A stretch of 64,000 bases of DNA, from assembly GCF_009914755.1 (NCBI RefSeq), contig NC_060926.1. One strand, written 5' to 3'. The DNA comes from the human T2T-CHM13v2.0 reference genome, Homo sapiens. Shown piece after piece: positions 1 through 12,491 of the stretch. How positions within the stretch are numbered: the stretch's first letter is position 1; each line of letters starts with the position of its first letter. The notes below the pieces were generated by a model. The model searched no databases and was not told the DNA's origin. It saw only the letters and a list, made by a program, of their open reading frames with translations. The position numbers and the translations under genes are program-made.

Positions 1-636
1 AACCTGCAGATGAGATTATCTGATGCTCCTTCTCACAGATTGTGATTCTAATTCTTTTCCCAGTAGGTATAAACTCCAAGTTCCCCTTTCAGTACTGGTG
101 AGTGCTGAAACTAATAAATTTGTTTTCTCTTGTTTAGCGCTCTCTGACAACCAACTGTAACATGTTTATTAGACAGGTAAAAATATGTGGGCAGACTCAC
201 AGTGATCAAACAATGTTTGCCTCACTGATACTGAGGCAGTATCTGGACAGACGTATTATTGCATAATTGAAAATATTTTCTACCAATGTTCAGGGCCATC
301 TCTTTTTCCCAGTAAACTCAATGAACACAAGGTTAGTTTAGTACCCATGGGAATCTCTCCTGTAATGACACTTGTGTTACAAAAAGATAATTAAAAATTT
401 GTGTGTTATAGAACTTTTTATGACAAGGCAGAATTAAACCCCTTTGGGTTTCAGTGCCCTCATCATAAAAATAGGGGGTTGAATTACATTACCTATAAGG
501 TCCTTTTAATAGCAAGTAACCAACACTATTATGAACTGCATAAAAATAATAGTGATACATGTAGCATAGCAATGATCTTCCACTTGCAGTTTAGACATCC
601 ATCTTACTTTAAGGAGACAATAGAAAGTTTACTTAC

Positions 637-771
637 CGATGATTGATCTGATAAAGAGGATTTTTCAAACTCTGGCAGGCTTGAAATTATTGTAGTTCTA
701 TTGCCTCTTTCCACAGCTACAAGTTCTATTGATAAACCGTCTCCTATGATATGCCAACTTTTTATAGCCAA
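637..771 (-). CDS. TMEM131: TMEM131 exon (135 nt; LAIKSWHIIGDGLSIELVAVERGNRTTIISSLPEFEKSSLSDQSS); the gene continues beyond position 1
   Basis: Acceptor ttaaag and donor TCG|gtaagt; 83-nt intron upstream; phase 0-0. Confidence 0.93.
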
Positions 772-854
772 CTTTAAAAAAAGATATGAAAATGATTATC
801 ACAACACAAGCATAAAATCCTTAAATGTGATTTAGAATAAAAACAGGTTTTTAC

Positions 855-965
855 CTCAATTGGATTGCTGTTTATAATTGCAAATAAAATATTACTTGCT
901 TCTGTAGCACTCAGTACTCCAAAATCTATGAAACGTTCCTCTATTTTGGGGGGCAATACAAAGTA
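855..965 (-). CDS. TMEM131: TMEM131 exon (111 nt; YFVLPPKIEERFIDFGVLSATEASNILFAIINSNPIE)
   Basis: Acceptor ttccag and donor GAG|gtaaaa; overlaps ORF 774..956. Confidence 0.95.
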
Positions 966-1066
966 CTGGAAAGATATAAAAGAACCAGATTAAAAAAAAG
1001 TCACATTGATCTAACAATATTATGAAGAGAAAGTAACTATATTAAAGATGTATTAAAGTTCCCCCC

Positions 1067-1220
1067 AAAATTAGCTGGGCATGGTGGTGTGCACCTATAA
1101 TCCCAGCTACTCGGAAGGCTGAGCTCAGGCAGGAGAATCGCTTGAACCCGCAAGCCAAGATTGCACCACTGCACTCCAGCTTGGGAAACACAGCGAGACT
1201 CCATCTAAAAAAAAAAAAAA
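1067..1220 (+). mobile_element. Alu right-arm fragment with internal deletion and poly(A)
   Basis: aaaattagctgggcatggtggtgtgcacctataatcccagctact...gcactccagc...gagactccatct(A)n. Confidence 0.85.
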
Positions 1221-2186
1221 TTACAGTTCTATGCTTTCCTATGCTTTTGTATATATGCATAAAACCACACATTTATACGACATAGTTGAGGGCTTTGTAT
1301 GACGAAAGTCTTTTGAGTAATCAGAAATGAAAACAGCCATGGCTTCTGCTGAGTTGCTATTCTTCCTCTGAGGGCACATGAAAGAGGCAGGAAGCTAAAC
1401 TACTAAGAGAGGTTTAGTGGAACCCTAGGGGATCGGGCAAAAAGCATGTGGTCTCAGCAAGCATCACCAATGATCACTGAAACAAAATAACTGAAGCAGG
1501 AGCGAGACATTACTGAAGGTCCCTCCAGCTCTAAAATTCTAATCGATGCCAACTATTTAAAGGGCTACATTTCTAGATGTCCTAGCTTTCTTTTTATCTT
1601 TCCTAACAGTTTTCTCTCTTATCTAAGCTTCTTTCATTGATCACTCTCAAGATAGCTTTGTTTGGAATTTTTCCCCCTGCTTATTTTCTGTACCAGGAGT
1701 ACCTTCATTGTTTCCTTCTGTGTCATATATAATCTTCCAACTTTGCGTCTTTACTACCTTATTTTCTTCTTTACTATCTGATTCTCTTCTTTGTCCCGAT
1801 ATTTCTTGGTTTTGATCATCTCTTCCCTACGTATATCCCTCTTCACCTTCCTTGTATTATTCTTTTTCTACCTATCATTTTTCTATTTAGTTCTTTTCTA
1901 TATTCCCCATTATTACAATAGTTTAAAAGCATATCCAAGAGAAAGCAGAATGTGGAAAAGATCTAAGTAGAGACTGTAACTAGAGAAGTCAACTGTATCA
2001 CAAGAGAGAGCTGCCAGAAAAGGTAAAAACTAGTTACCTGGAAAGGTAAAAACTGACTAGGAGAATTAGATCAATTTGCAGAGCACAAATAATGGCAAAC
2101 CGTATGTAACACGACTGCCTAATAAGATCTGAAAACATTAAAGGTGGGCAGGGAGTTTAAATGTTAAAGATGGATAATATACTTAC

Positions 2187-2357
2187 ATCTAAAAAGCCTG
2201 TGTATACCCGCACGGGTAAATGAAATTTAGAAGCATTGGTAATAAGTAAAATGTTGTTATCAATGTGCATGGATGATGTGGAAGGCATAAAAAGCAGGGT
2301 AAAAATGTATCCTGATTCATTAGGAAGAATTAAGACTGGTTTGCTGAAGTTGTGAAC
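2187..2357 (-). CDS. TMEM131: TMEM131 exon (171 nt; VHNFSKPVLILPNESGYIFTLLFMPSTSSMHIDNNILLITNASKFHLPVRVYTGFLD)
   Basis: Acceptor tctcag and donor GAT|gtaagt; phase 0-0. Confidence 0.95.
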
Positions 2358-2450
2358 CTGAGAAATGACAGAAGAGAAAAAAAACAAAGTGTCAGCATCA
2401 CCTAGTTGGTAGACCAGGAAAATTAAAAGTATGAGGGCTCCTGGACATAC

Positions 2451-2604
2451 TTTAAACATTGTTTTGGCTTCTTCTGGTAGCAACACATCGTGAATGAGGA
2501 TCGCAAAACTGAAAGTGTTAGTAAGGTAAATTGGCCTTTCCACAGGATCAGCAGGGCTGTCTCGGATGTGAAATAATGTTGCAGCATGATCAAATCCCAA
2601 ATAA
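2451..2604 (-). CDS. TMEM131: TMEM131 exon (154 nt; YLGFDHAATLFHIRDSPADPVERPIYLTNTFSFAILIHDVLLPEEAKTMFK)
   Basis: Lies within ORF 2157..2651; acceptor taatag and donor AAA|gtatgt; phase 2-0. Confidence 0.95.
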
Positions 2605-3414
2605 CTATTAAAAAAAACAACAAGAACAAAATAAATCATTTTTATTTCCATGTGTTAATTTAAAATCCAAGTTCTTCTGTTGTAAGTAATAATTTACATT
2701 TAGCATTAGGGATTGTATTAAAGATTTAGAACTATAATATTTTAGTGATTGACTATATGATTTAAAACAAAATTTAGCTTGCAAAATACTGAAATTAATA
2801 CAAACAACCATTCTCTAATGAATTATATGAATCATACAATTAGAATCAAAGACATATCAACAAAAAAAGCTTTACTTTGAAAAAAATCATGCTTATCACT
2901 GAATTACAAGGAGCTTTGCTAAAATGAATCTTTGCCAAGTTGAGTATTAAACTACTATTGGTTAAAGTACAATAGAAAATGAACATGTCACTTCCCATTT
3001 ATAAAAAGTTGTAATTCTAGAAGTGTTTATGAATTTATAAAGGAATATAAAGAATTCTGTTTCGAGTGTCAAAATACTTTAATAATAGGCCACAATCACT
3101 TACATATTACAAACAAATGTCAGAAAGGAAATGGTTCAAATGATTTAAATAATATTTAAAAAATCAGATTTTTGAATCATTAAGTCTTCATTTAAGCCCA
3201 AATCCTATCATCCCACTTACCCTTTTCTTCTAAAAAAGTAAAATATAAACAAAATATAGGAGGTTTTCTCTTTTATAGTTGGGGCTGTTCTTTCAAAAAA
3301 TAATTCCATCAAGTTTATGTGAACGTGGCTAGTATTTCTGCAGGTCATTTAGCAGGAAAATATAATTTACTGATTAGTAAAAAGTAATAGAATTTATTTT
3401 AAAAAGAAACTCAC

Positions 3415-3523
3415 CCATCTAAAACTTCTGCTTGATATGGTATTTCAAGTTTAGAATAACTCTTTTCCTTTGCTTTAACTGTTATTTTCCCAGAAAACTG
3501 AGATGGCTTTTTTGCCTTCGATG
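3415..3523 (-). CDS. TMEM131: TMEM131 exon (109 nt; ASKAKKPSQFSGKITVKAKEKSYSKLEIPYQAEVLD)
   Basis: Acceptor tttcag and donor TGG|gtgagt; phase 1-2. Confidence 0.95.
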
Positions 3524-3822
3524 CTGAAAGGAAGCATAAAAAATAATCTCTGTTACCTTTTACTACCAAAGAGAATTAGTGAATTTATGTAAATTGACAA
3601 AATCTTAAAAAAAAAAAAAAGTTGAGCTTCCAAATTGGCCAACAGAACACTTTTTATAACATTTTAAATGAAACATCACATTTTTCATACAAAAGGGGGA
3701 AAATGTTTTATATTTCCTGTAATAAGATAAGCAGATAAGGAATTAGCTGGTGAGCATGGTTCAGGAGGTAAAACACTGTACCTAAGCTGCTTTGCTGTAG
3801 CCACAGGCTTTGGCTTTACTTA

Positions 3823-4038
3823 CAGCAGAATTTCTCATCCTTGGCACTGTTAACATTTTAGGCCAGATTAATTCTTCGTTGCGGAGGCTGTTGTGTGTAC
3901 TGTAGGATGTTTAGCAGCATCCCGGACCTCTACTTGCTAGACGGCAGTAGCATCCCTGCAGCTGTGACTACCAAAATGCCTCTCTGCATTGCCAGATATC
4001 CCCTTGGAGGCAAAATTACCCCCCACTTAGCCCTGCTG
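3823..4038 (+). mobile_element. MER20 (hAT-Charlie non-autonomous DNA transposon)
   Basis: tttctcatccttggcactgttaacattttaggccaga...ctgtaggatgtttagcagcatccc...cattgccagatatcccctt resembles the recalled MER20 consensus. Confidence 0.8.
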
Positions 4039-4214
4039 ATTTACACTTGAACTGAGAAAGAAATAACATTTCTTGTATGGCCAAAGTCTTGCTCTATCAC
4101 CAATAAAGTAGCATGGTATAAGAAAAGTCAAGAATTCAGAGCTCTTCTCAAAAACCAGCCAACCCTAAAACTCATGGTATAAGAGGAGATAAATCCCCTC
4201 CTGTCATCATATTA

Positions 4215-4637
<423 letters not shown>

Positions 4638-5419
4638 TTAGATGGTTCTTTTCAAAGCAAATAAAGAAGCTGTTTATGTTTATCCTCTTAGAGTACTTTA
4701 GGAACACTTCCATTTATGTGAAGAATTCATATGTGAGTTCCGCAAATGTGTGTCATCCAACCTCATGACAAAAAAGAACAAGGAAATGGTATGACATCTA
4801 GTGTTTGACTATGGCAGACACAGACTTTCCATTTTAAAAATTCCCATTCAGCCTCTTATTTCTCTGCTTGCTAGTTAGCCATCTCTGGATGCTTTCAATT
4901 TTTCACTATTTGTTCTGACGTAAGACTGATTACAAGGGCCACATTTAAGCATTTCATGACATTGTATCATACATAGCAAATAAAGTGGTCAAAAAGCTCA
5001 AGAAAATTCTGTTGAAAATCATGAAGAATAACTTTTGATGAGAAAGATGCTTGATAAATGAACACTGCAGAGTTAATACATATATAAGGTGCATTCTAAC
5101 AATATTAAAAGTTAAATAACACACACTTCCTGACTGATTTTCACAGCAATCTCAGAGGTATTTTGTGTGGGGATCCAGCATGGCAGTGGGAGAGGTGAAT
5201 GGTGGGGGGATTTTCACATGATATTAAAAACCTACTTTTAAGAAATGTAGCATTTGCTCTTAAAGATGCTTTCCCTTTGCTGTTGTTATTTAATTTTACA
5301 TATTTCTTTAAGAAACAATTATCTTAGAGCCTACGATCTCAGAAGAACCAACACTAATGACATCGCATTTATCTCAAGAAGGGAAAGATTAAGTGGGTGG
5401 TCAATACAGGAGCTAGAGA

Positions 5420-5464
5420 AGAGTAGCTCTTCACCCTTGCAGAGCAGCTCTTCACCCTTGCAGA
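5420..5464 (+). repeat. 21-bp tandem duplication (AGAGYAGCTCTTCACCCTTGC x2)
   Basis: Directly visible; one mismatch between the two copies. Confidence 0.9.
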
Positions 5465-5522
5465 CCATGTGGAGAATTTTCCGGCACATCTGTGAAGGGT
5501 GGGTCCTAAATGCTCTTATCCT

Positions 5523-5661
5523 GGCTGGGTGCAGTGCCTCACGTCGGTAATCCCAGCACTTTGCCAGGCTGAGGCAGCCAGATCACCTGAGGTCAGGAGT
5601 TTGAGACCAGCCTGGCCAACATGGTGAAACCCTGTCTCTACTAAAAATACAAAAATTAGCC
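5523..5661 (+). mobile_element. Alu left arm only, a near-copy of 4276-4414
   Basis: Left monomer plus linker, ends abruptly at TTAGCC, no poly(A); shares private substitutions with the Alu at 4276. Confidence 0.9.
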
Positions 5662-6680
5662 GCCTCCTCCTCTGTAAGGGAAGACAATGTACCTCGTGAT
5701 ACTGACACTGGTAGGCATGAATGTGGTCTCTCAGCAGCATAGAGAACACTTTACCACAAATGTAGAAATTACTGTGGCATTAATGTCTTCTATAATACTA
5801 TTTCTTGACAACTGTATCATGAAGTATGCTGCCTATGTGATTTTTATTCCTTGAGAGTCCTCACTGAGCTCACAGGATGAACCCTGAGGCCAGCCCCACC
5901 TCCGTAGCTGCTCCAGACCCTCCCTAGAACTCTCCACAGTGAGCAGCAGGCATAGATACTCTCATAAACACTGTGTGAAGTGTGCCAGTGTCCTCCTACA
6001 TTCATTGATCAAATATTCTCATCCGATGAGGAGCTGAGCTTTACTATGTGGACTCTGAGCACAGATGGCTTTATCATAAAGCCAAAGTTTAAGCTTAATA
6101 GCAGCTACTCAGTTGCATGGGTGCCTATGAAAAAAGCCCTGTTCAGAGGTTCAATTCTCATTTAATTATCTGTATGGTTAAGCAGCCATTAAGTCATTAT
6201 TTTAAAAATGTTGTGACAGCAAATTCAATGAATGTTCCAATTAAAGTAGGCAAAACTAAATAAAAACATGCTATAAAAATGGTATAGTCTGGCTTAACAC
6301 CTCAAGTATCAAAATGTATACTATACACATTAGAAATAATAGCTAACTGGACAATTCTGTCATAAAGTCTATTATTTTAGCTTAAGTAGGGGATCTGCTT
6401 TGCCTATAAAAGCCAATATATGAAAATGTTACAAAGAATACTTTTTATTTTTGCTCTCAAATTCAAACATGTTTCAGAACTTCAAATATATTGTAACTTC
6501 ATAATTAAGATGAATTATAATACATAATATGTGTAAAAAGGCTAGCCCAGATTATGGAAATGATTCCAATCCTAATGTATTTGCTAGTGCTTTTCTATTG
6601 CTAATACTGATTTAGCTTTATAAAGTTGTGGTATTTTCTCTCATGAATCAATCAAGTAAGAGTTCATGATGGTTTACAGC

Positions 6681-6698
6681 GGGGGGGGGCGGGGGGGG
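6681..6698 (+). repeat. G9-C-G8 tract
   Basis: gggggggggcgggggggg seen directly. Confidence 0.9.
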
Positions 6699-6829
6699 AT
6701 CAACCTAAGCAGTAATATAAATTCTGATGGTAAAACAGTTTGGATTTTTATATTAAGACGTTAATACAGATGCTTTCTAGTTTATCAAAATAACATCACT
6801 CTATCAGAGAGAAAATGGTGAATACTTGC

Positions 6830-6938
6830 CATCAAAACTAATGCTTGCAACCTTGGTGTATTTACTTTCTGATGCTTTTAATGTAATTGGTTTAAAGTGT
6901 ACCGTTATAGCATCATTTTGTGGTGTAGGTCGAACACT
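6830..6938 (-). CDS. TMEM131: TMEM131 exon (109 nt; SVRPTPQNDAITVHFKPITLKASESKYTKVASISFD) ending at a GC donor
   Basis: Acceptor ttgcag; donor ATG|gcaagt (non-canonical GC). Phase 0-1 is required to join the next exon in frame. Confidence 0.92.
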
Positions 6939-8793
6939 CTGCAAAGAGAACAAAAATACATACATGGCATTATTTCAGACTAATGGTTCAGTTGCCTTAT
7001 ACTTATACTGGAAAGTATACTGGAAAAGTAAAGTGGACTCTAAATTTGAAAAGTTTAACTTATGTTGTCCCTTTAAATGGAGTAGGCCACACTGGAAAAC
7101 TTCAAATTAATTTCATCAGAATATCTTTATAAAAGAAAATGACCAGAGAATAAGCATGACAGATTTGTAAGTGTAAGAATCTATTACATTTGGTGTGAGT
7201 ACATAAAGCATTTAAAAAAGGTACTTATTTTCCAAATGAATGCCTAATTCACACACCAGTGGAGGCGACATGAAAAAGACTTATGGATCCCTCTTAAAGA
7301 AATTCACAATACTGAGGAAATATCTGAACCATATGACGGTGAAGAATAAACATGAACTTGGAAGCTGGTGTGTCAGTGCCAAGGTAGTTCTGCACACTTC
7401 ATTTCTAATGGCATTTTCTCTTTCTCTCTAGACATGGCTCTGCGAGTGAGGCATGCTGCTATCCAGAGAGAGGGCTATACTGCTGGCTATGGGATTGAGC
7501 ACTGAGGCAGCCCACAGGGATGTTCAGCTTGAAGCCAGAATGCTTAAATAACAACAAACAGGAAAACCTTGTACTTGGAGAGCATGCTTTTTAAAAATAC
7601 ATTTTAAGGTACAGTTATTTTTTATTTCCTCACTGACACAAAGCCCTTTCAATTGGAAGGGACGTAAAAGATTCCAACCTCCTTCTCTGTTTTACTAATG
7701 AAATTTCCAATATTGATGTTTTAATAGCTAGGCATCAACAGGTAGGAATGAAACAAGAATCCCTGGGTTGGTGCAGGGCCTTCATCTGACATCCTGTTGC
7801 ACAAACATGTATCACAAAATCGTGGTACTGTATACAACTCTTGATTAAAAAATAATCTTCCTTTATGATTACTTTGAATCTGAACCTTGGTCTGAACCCT
7901 CGTGGGTTGTATTTGTTGAATTATGAAGGGCTTTAAAAACTTGTCAAAGCCTGCTATTTCCCGGAGAAAAGAACATTGTCCTTTTCTGTGAGACTTATCA
8001 GGCAAGCCCCTTAACAGGAGCACAGTCAGATCCAGCAAGTCACTATGTTCTTCCCCCTGGATCCCTGCCTGCTCTTTTCCGCCCGTTTATAAAGGTGAAA
8101 TCTGCCTCAACAGAACATCAAAGGGCAGTCTCTTGAAGGTGCGATAAGCACCTGAGAAGAGCATGGAGAGAGAGAATGATCCTCGTGCCTTGTGTGTGGG
8201 ATCACAGGGTACGGATCTGATTATATGATAATGATCAAAGACACTGCTAGAGCAGCTCCCTTTCCATTGGTGGGTTAGTCCTGGGCTGTCAGCAAGTGTT
8301 CGTTCACAGGGTCTGAAATGAAGGCCCTAAGGATGGTTCTGTGGACCTCAGGCTCTCTTGGCATTTTAACTCTTTTTAACTTCCTCCGTTTTTCTTCTTC
8401 AAGAACTCCTTCTCAATTGCTTTTGGATCTCTAGCTGGGGCTGGGAATGATTTGTTCATGTAATATTTTTACTTATCAATAAGTTTGCTGTTATTAGCGA
8501 CATTTAAAATACAAATTTCTTCATTCACTGAAAGGTGAGTGTGTGTATTTTTAATAATAAAACAAAGTAGAGTTTGAACTGTAAGACAAACTGGGAAAAG
8601 TTCCATTTGGTTATACTATACTATATTACCATGCTAATACTTTTTCCAAAGAGAGGAAATCAGTACAGAAGTATATGTGACAATCCAGTGGCATCACTTT
8701 ATGCAATAAAAGGATGTTTAACTAGAGATGTGAGCTTGAGTCAGCTGCCCATCTACTCTGGGGCTCATTTTTCCCACCTGTAAAAAAAATCCT

Positions 8794-9085
8794 GGCTGGG
8801 CATGGTGACTCATGCCTGTAGTCCTAGCACGTTGGGAGGCCAAGGCACGTGGATCATGAGGTCAGGAGTTCAAGACCAGCCTGGACAAGATGGTGAAAGC
8901 TCGTCTCTACTAAAAATACAAAAATTAGCCAGGCGTGGTGGTGGGTGTCTATAATCCCAGCTACTCGGGAAGCTGAGGCAGATAACTACTTGAATCCGGG
9001 AGGCGGAGGTTGTAGTGAGCCAAGATTGGGACACTGCACTCCAGCCTGGGCAACAGAGTGAGACTCCTTCTAAAAAAAAAAAAAA
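8794..9085 (+). mobile_element. Alu (AluS-like), full length
   Basis: Dimeric Alu sequence with poly(A). Confidence 0.95.
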
Positions 9086-9309
9086 GCAGCCCAGCCAGGG
9101 GAATGGGTTGTTTTCTGAGATCCCATCATCTACAACATTTTGTGAGTCAGTTAATTTTGCTTTTTTTCCCCCCACAAATGAGCCACTTTATCTTGAGGCC
9201 AAGCTTTGTTACAGGTGATCACATGAAGCTCTGTAGTTTGCAGAGGACTTCCACAGATATGGCTCCTGAAGTTCCTCATTTGCTCTACTGAATATGATCC
9301 AGCAACAAT

Positions 9310-9839
9310 TCAGAGGTGAAGTCAGCTGGACTTCCTGGGTTGAGTGGGGACTTGGAGAACTTTTTTGTCTAGCTAGAGGATTGTAAACACACCAATCAGT
9401 GCTCTGTGTCTAGCTAAAGGATTGTAAATGCACCAATCAGCACTCTGTCTCTAAAGGACTGTAAATGCACCAATCAGCACTCTGTAAAAACGCACCAATC
9501 AGTGCTCTGTGTCTAGCTAAAGGACTGTAAATGCATCAATCGGCATTCTGTAAAAACGCACCAATCAACACTGTAAAATGGACCAATCAGCAGGACGCGG
9601 GCAGGGCCAAATAAGGGAATAAAAGCTGGCCACCCGAGCCAGTAGAGGCAACCCGTTTGGGTCCCTTTCTAGGCTGTGGAAGCTTTGTTCTTTCACTCTT
9701 CACAATAAATCTTGCTGCTGCTCACTTTTTGGGTCTGCACTACCTTTATGAGCTGTAACACTCACCACGAAGGTCTGCGGCTTCACTCCTGAAGTCAGCA
9801 AGACCACGAACTCACTGGAAGGAAGAAATTCCGGACACA
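9310..9839 (+). promoter_or_regulatory. 5' LTR (LTR12 family) with CCAAT-box tandem array, TATA-like AATAAAA (~9618) and poly(A) signal (9704-9709)
   Basis: Starts tcagaggtgaagtcagctgga and ends ggacaCA; repeated gtctagctaaaggattgtaaatgcaccaatcagcactctgt units; homologous to 17391-18008. Confidence 0.9.
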
Positions 9840-9842
9840 TTT

Positions 9843-9884
9843 TGGCGACCCACATGGGATACATTTTGGTGACCAGGAAGGGAC
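9843..9884 (+). promoter_or_regulatory. Two tandem tRNA-Arg primer-binding sites (9843-9860 and 9867-9884)
   Basis: TGGCGACCCACATGGGAT and TGGTGACCAGGAAGGGAC, each preceded by ACATTT, immediately 3' of the LTR. Confidence 0.75.
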
Positions 9885-11034
9885 TATCGCCAAGCAGTGA
9901 GCACCACTGGACCCCTTTCACTTGCTATTCTGTCCTATTTTTCCTTAGAATTCGGGGGCTAAATACCGGACACCTGTCAGCCAGTTAAAAGCGACTGGCA
10001 CAGCCACCGGACTAAAGACACAGGTGTCAGGCTTTCTGGGAAAGGGCTAACAACCCCCAACTCTTCAGAGTTGGGAGCATTGGTTTGCCTGGAACCATCT
10101 TCCACTTTTCCTGTACTTCTGGGCTGAGCTGAGGGTCAACAGAGAGGAAAGCCATTCAGCTCCGGGATCCCGACAAAAAGTTGGTTGACTGTGGCCATGA
10201 GCGGAATTCTCAAAGTTATGTTGCCCAAGCGAGACTTGCCTATCTATCCTATCTATCCTGACCCTTGCCCCCTGGGTCCTAATGCCTGTCAGACAAACTT
10301 CCTCTTGCCTCTCTTCTCCAAGGATAGTTCCGCTTCTAAAAACCACTCTCTGTCTCTGATGCCTTTCTAGTTTCTCCTATAAGAATGATTTCCAGTATAA
10401 ACTCCAGGACTCTATTCCCTCCTTTAGGCACCTGGACTCACCAATCAAAGACATAATTTTTGCCCAAAGCCCCTTCGAGGGCAGGGGGACTACCTGGAAT
10501 TTTAGGATCCCTCCTCAGACTAGCAGGCCTAACAAAAGCTATTCCTGAAGCTAGGATACGGGGAGCCTCAGAAACGATATCCTTCCTTTTCACATGATGA
10601 GAAGTGAGGATAAAAGGCGTCACTCTTCCAACCCTGGAGATCCCTTCCCTTGCTCAGGGTACGGCCCTCCACTTCATTTTTGGGGCATAACATCTTTATA
10701 GGATGGGGTAAAGTCCCAACACTAACAGGAGAATGCTTAGAACTCTAACAGGTTTTCGAGAATGCGTCGGTAAGGGCCACTAAATCTGATTTTTCTTGGT
10801 CCTCTTTGTGGTATAGGAGGACAGGCAAGGGTGCAGGTTTTCGAGAATGTGTTGGTAAGGGCCACTAAATCCAACCTTCCTTGGTCCTCCTTGTGGTCTA
10901 GGAGGAAAACTAGTGTTTCTGCTGCTGCGTTGGTGAGTGCAACTATTCCGATCAGCAGGGTCCAGGGACTGTTGTGGGTGCCTGGGCTGGGGGGAAACAA
11001 ACAAACCAAAACCACAGGCAGTTTTGTCTTTCAG

Positions 11035-12491
11035 ATGGGAAACACTCAGGCATCAACAGGCTCACCCTTGAAATGCATCCTAAGCCATTGGGACCAATTT
11101 GACCCATAAACCCTGAAAAAGATGTGGCTCATTTTTTTCTGCACTACGGCCTGGTCCCAATATTCTCTCTCTGATGGGGAAAATGGCCACCTGAGGGAAG
11201 TATAAATTATAATACTATCCTGCAGCTTGACCTTTTCTGTAAGAGGGAAGGCAAGTAGAGTGAAATACCTTATCTCTAAGCTTTCTTTTCATTGACGGAG
11301 AATCCACAACTATGCAAAGCTTGCAATTTACATCCCACAGGAGGACCTCTCAGCTTACCCCCATATCCTAGCCTCCCTATAGTTCACCTTCCTATTAATG
11401 ATAAGCCTCCTCTAATTTCCCCCACCCAGAAGGAAACAAGCAAAGAAATCTCCAAGGTACCACAAAACTCCCCGGGCTATCGGTTATGTCCCCTTCAAGC
11501 TGTAGGGGGAGAGGAATTTGGCCCAACCTGGGTACCTGTCCCCTTCTCCCTCTCTGATTTAAAGCAGATCAAGGCAGACCTGGGGAAGCTTTCAAATGAT
11601 CCTGATAGGTATACAGATGTCCTACATGGTCTAGGGCAAACCTTTGATCTCACTTGGAGAGATGTCATGCTATTGTTAGATCAAACCCTGGCCTTTAATG
11701 AAAAAAATGCGGCTTTAGCTGCAGCCCAAGAATTTGGAGATACCTGGTGTCTTAGCCAAGTAAATGATAGAATGACAGCTGAAGAAAGGGACAAATTCCC
11801 TACCGGTCAGCAAGCCATCCCCAGTATGGATGCCCACTGGGATCTAGACTCAAGATCATGGGGACTGGAGTTGTAAACATCTGCTGACCTGTGTTCTGGA
11901 AGGACTAAGAAGAATTAGGAAAAAGCCCATGAGTTATTCAATGATGTCCACCATAACTCAGGGAAAGGAAGAAAATCCTTCTGCCTTCCTCGAGCAGCTA
12001 CGGGAGGTCTTAAGGAAATATACTCTCCTGTCACCCAACTCCCTTGGGGGTCAACTGATCCTAAAAGATGAGTTTATTACCCAATCAGCCACAGATAACA
12101 GGAGGAAGGTCCAAAAGCAAGCCCTGGGCCCTGAACAAAATCTGGAGGCATTATTAATCCTGGCAACCTCGGTGTTCTATAATAGGGACCAAGAGGAACA
12201 GGCCCAAAAGGAAAAGCGAGATCAGAGAAAGGCCACAGCCTTAGTCAAGGCCCTCAAACAAACCTTGGTGGTTCAGAGAGGAAAGAAAATTGAGCAGGCC
12301 AATCACCTGGTAGGGCTTGTTATCAGTGTGGTTTACAAGGACACTTTAAAAAAGATTGTCCAATGAAAAATAAGCCACCCCCTCACCCATGTCCACTATG
12401 CTGAGGCAATCACTGGAAGGCACACTGCCCCAGAGGGCAAAGGTTCTCTAGGCCAGAAGCCCCCAACCAGATAATCCAACAGCAGGACTGA
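11035..12491 (+). pseudogene. ERV9 gag, disrupted by stops and frameshifts
   Basis: MGNTQAS start; capsid fragments (VPFSLSDLKQIKADLG; MHR ITQGKEENPSAFLE); Zn knuckle CYQCGLQGHFKKDC; ends CAGGACTGA. Confidence 0.9.

Noticed and set aside
8789-8800. A third Alu also starting with ATCCT-GGCTGGG
   Set aside because: It lacks the private substitutions shared by the 4276 and 5523 copies; treated as coincidence.
9366-9590. Repeat array resembling CRISPR (also 17448-17770)
   Set aside because: Head-to-tail CCAAT enhancer repeats of LTR12 without unique spacers; eukaryotic context and no cas genes.
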